Part shown: in pieces, positions 61,381-64,000 of the stretch
Layout of the letters: the number at the start of each line of letters is the position of its first letter
How positions within the stretch are numbered: position 1 is the stretch's first letter
Assembly (NCBI GenBank): GCA_028534125.1
Contig: CM052831.1
Span: 248,001-312,000 of the forward strand
Source of the DNA: Lama glama
Lineage: Eukaryota
Reading direction: 5' to 3'
Length of the DNA stretch: 64,000 bases
Made by a program: the position numbers and the translations under genes
Notes under the pieces: generated by a model
Databases searched by the model: none
Seen by the model: only the letters and a program-made list of their open reading frames with translations
Told to the model about the DNA's origin: nothing

Positions 61381-64000
61381 TGCGGGTCTGCATCTCCTCC
61401 CACCCCCTGGGGGCTCTTTGACAATCCCTGGAGCACACCTCTTTGTGGCCTGGCAGACAGGGTCCAGGAAAAAGTAGCCATTTCCCAGGGTCCGGGCGGC
61501 CCCAGAGACGAGGCTGTGGAGGCTGCTGGCGAGGCAGCACTGCCCCACCTGGCTGGGTCTGAGTTGGTGGATGAGGGTCATTCCACAGCCTTACCTGCTG
61601 GGTGCCCTCCCTGCCCTCTCGGGGCCACAGGACCCCACCTATAAATGGGCTGCTCAGGATTTCCTGACAGGGCTCTGGGAGGTGGAGTTAATGGGAGCAG
61701 TCCCCAGCCTCTTCACGGAGCCGGGGTGGCAAGGTGCCCCCTCTATGCTGGGGCAAGGGGCTTCCTTCCTTGGGCTAGGGGCCAGGTGAGCCGGGCTTTG
61801 GAGTCTCTGCGCAGTCACCCTGCCGCTCCCACTGTCCCCTCTATGTCTGGACACAGCCGCCCAGACCTGGACATCTCCCCAAGCCCATGGGAGGGGGCCC
61901 AGATCAGGCTGTCCATCCTCTGCCCATTTGAGAGCTGGCTGGCCATTAGGGGTGGTGCTCCTGGCTCATGGCAGGGGTTAGCTGAGCAGAGGGTCCCCCA
62001 GCCCAGTGTGGGCTGTGGTCCTAGTGTCTGTGGTCACGACACTCTGTCCACCCAGCCTTTCAAAGACAAATTTTGACCAGGACCTGGGCACGGCAGGGCA
62101 TGGTGGTTCCCAGCTCCCAGGGTCCAGCCCCCAGTGTGGGGAGAGAGCGAACCCAGAGCGTCGGGACCCAGTGTGTGAGGTGGGCGCCGGAAGTGTCTGC
62201 AAAGGAGTAGGCAGGTTCAGGGACCGCGTGAGAGTTGGGTGTCTCCGTGTCTTCCCTGCCTGGACACTCCCTCCTGCCACACCCTCCCCCAGCAGGTTTG
62301 GGAGATGGGGAACAAACCAAGGTGACATCATCTGTGCTTCAGTCCTTCTGACCTCCTCCCTCTTCTGCAGGGACTCCCAGTCACCTGCTTAACCTCTACC
62401 CAGGCCGTACCCCACCTGAGCTACACCTGTGACACCAATATCCTTGGCCATGACCCTCTCACCCAGCAGCCTGGCCTTCCTGTGTCTGGTGTGGCGGACC
62501 CTTCTTGAGCCCTCTTTCCACTGCCCCAGACAGGGACGAGCTGTCTCTCTGCCTCCCAGAGCTCTCTTCTATTCCTTCTGGACCCTCAGACCTTTCTCCA
62601 TGGACTGCTGCTGGCCACCAGAGCTAGGAGGGTGACCTCGGACAAGCCAACTTACCCTGCAGGCTCTTCTCCTGCCAAGCCCTGCGCTGGAGCCCCCGAC
62701 CTCCAGGGCCAGGGAGGCTGTGCACGGTGGCTCTGCAGGCAGAGTAGACGGTGGGGAGACAACTGGGCAGGAAGCGTGGCCCCTCCGACCAAGGCCTCTG
62801 GAAACGCCCCAGTAGGGCCCTTGGCAGCGTGGCCCGAGTTGGAAGGGGGCGGACAGTGTGGCTCTATGGCCTCTGGCCTGGGAATAGGGCTCCGGGCCCA
62901 GGATGGTTGGGAGCCTCCTCGTCCAGGCAGGCGGGTCTCCAAAGCAGAAGTGGTCCTGAGATGGGCAGGGGACCCCTGAAAGGCTGCCATTCCAGGTTGG
63001 GGCTCCGCTGCCCCTCTTCTAGTGGGAAGTCTGGAGTGGCCCACCTGGTGCCCCTCAGGCCAAAGCTGACTAGCGTGCAGGGTCCTGGGGTCGAGGAGGA
63101 TGCCAGGGAAGGCGGGACAGCTGCCCAGGGCACTGCTGCCCTCAGCACCCCGCCATCCCCGTGCCCTCCCATGCTTGGCGTCCCCGGCAGCCTGCCTGGT
63201 GGTGTGGCCGCGTCTGTGTGATGCCCTTCACCACGTGTTCGCCGGCACCTGCTCGTTCCAGCGTCTGTCTGGGCTGGGACAGAGCGTGCTGATAGACTGC
63301 CCTCCCAGAGCTGCTGCTTTAACATGAAAAGCCCAGATCTCCAGGGTGCACCTTCTGCTGCCAGAGGCACACCCAGGGAGAGCCATGACATTGCTACCTT
63401 GGGTCCCCACCCCTGCTGGTCCGCAGGGGCCTTGCTGGGTGCTGGAGCTACCCCACCCCCACCCCGCTCTGACCTCCAACCCCTTCCCGGTTCACAGGGC
63501 TGAGCACCTTTCCTGCTATTGGAAATCAAGGGTGTTTCTCTTAGAGCCAGGCTGGGCCTCTGTCCACTTCCAGGGGACCCTAGGGTTGGGGGAAGGAAGG
63601 GAGTATGAGGAGGGAAGTTGGGTAGGGGGTTTGTTGCCAGGGGGCCCACCCCCCCTTCTGGGCTGGACTGCTGGCCTCCTCTTCCTCCGGGACACACCCC
63701 TTCCCTTAGGGCCCCGCTTCCTGTCTAAGGTCCACGGGCGATGTGTGCTAACTGGGACCTTCACAGCTCTGCCCAGTGGGGCCCCTGACTCCTTCCCAGT
63801 CCGGGCCCTGGGACTCATCGCGGGGAAGGCTCAGAGACAGGGAGCCCCCAGAGGGCATTCGACTCAGACCCAAACGAGCTGCTCTCAGGCATGGATGGAC
63901 CCAGGGGCTCCAGGTCTAGCTTCTCTCTGATACTCCCAGCTTCCCAGGCAGAGGGCGGGTCCTTTACCCATGGCTCCAGCCAGGGCCCCAGGGATGGGCT

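Noticed and set aside
1-64000. Prokaryotic-type systems (CRISPR arrays, operons, defence islands, IS elements)
   Set aside because: The window is spliced mammalian DNA throughout; no direct-repeat/spacer array, operon structure or compositionally foreign insert was seen.
61400-64000. CHST13 exon 2 or C3orf22 exons
   Set aside because: No segment resembling the recalled sequences was found; they probably lie beyond the window.

Overview
GC-rich mammalian genomic DNA, very likely a camelid: it carries a Vic-1-type tRNA-derived SINE and a cetartiodactyl-type L1 3' end. Four protein-coding genes were assembled exon by exon from GT-AG boundaries and recalled homology. SLC41A3 (+) contributes its last two coding segments. 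ZXDC (-) is complete, with 10 coding exons and 829 aa; a 158-N gap lies in exon 1, and an intronic-polyadenylation short form of 692 aa is predicted. UROC1 (-) is complete and intact, with 20 exons and 676 aa. CHST13 (+) contributes its first coding exon. Two CpG-island promoters, poly(A) signals, L1/MER21/MLT1/MIR/MER3 remnants and microsatellites fill the rest. No prokaryotic-type or clearly novel system was found. The most notable observations are the SLC41A3-ZXDC tail-to-tail junction (differs from human/mouse as recalled), a remodelled ZXDC C-terminus, the ZXDC short-isoform poly(A) module, and a pure (GGC)11 coding repeat. Ortholog comparisons are from memory and need alignment to confirm.
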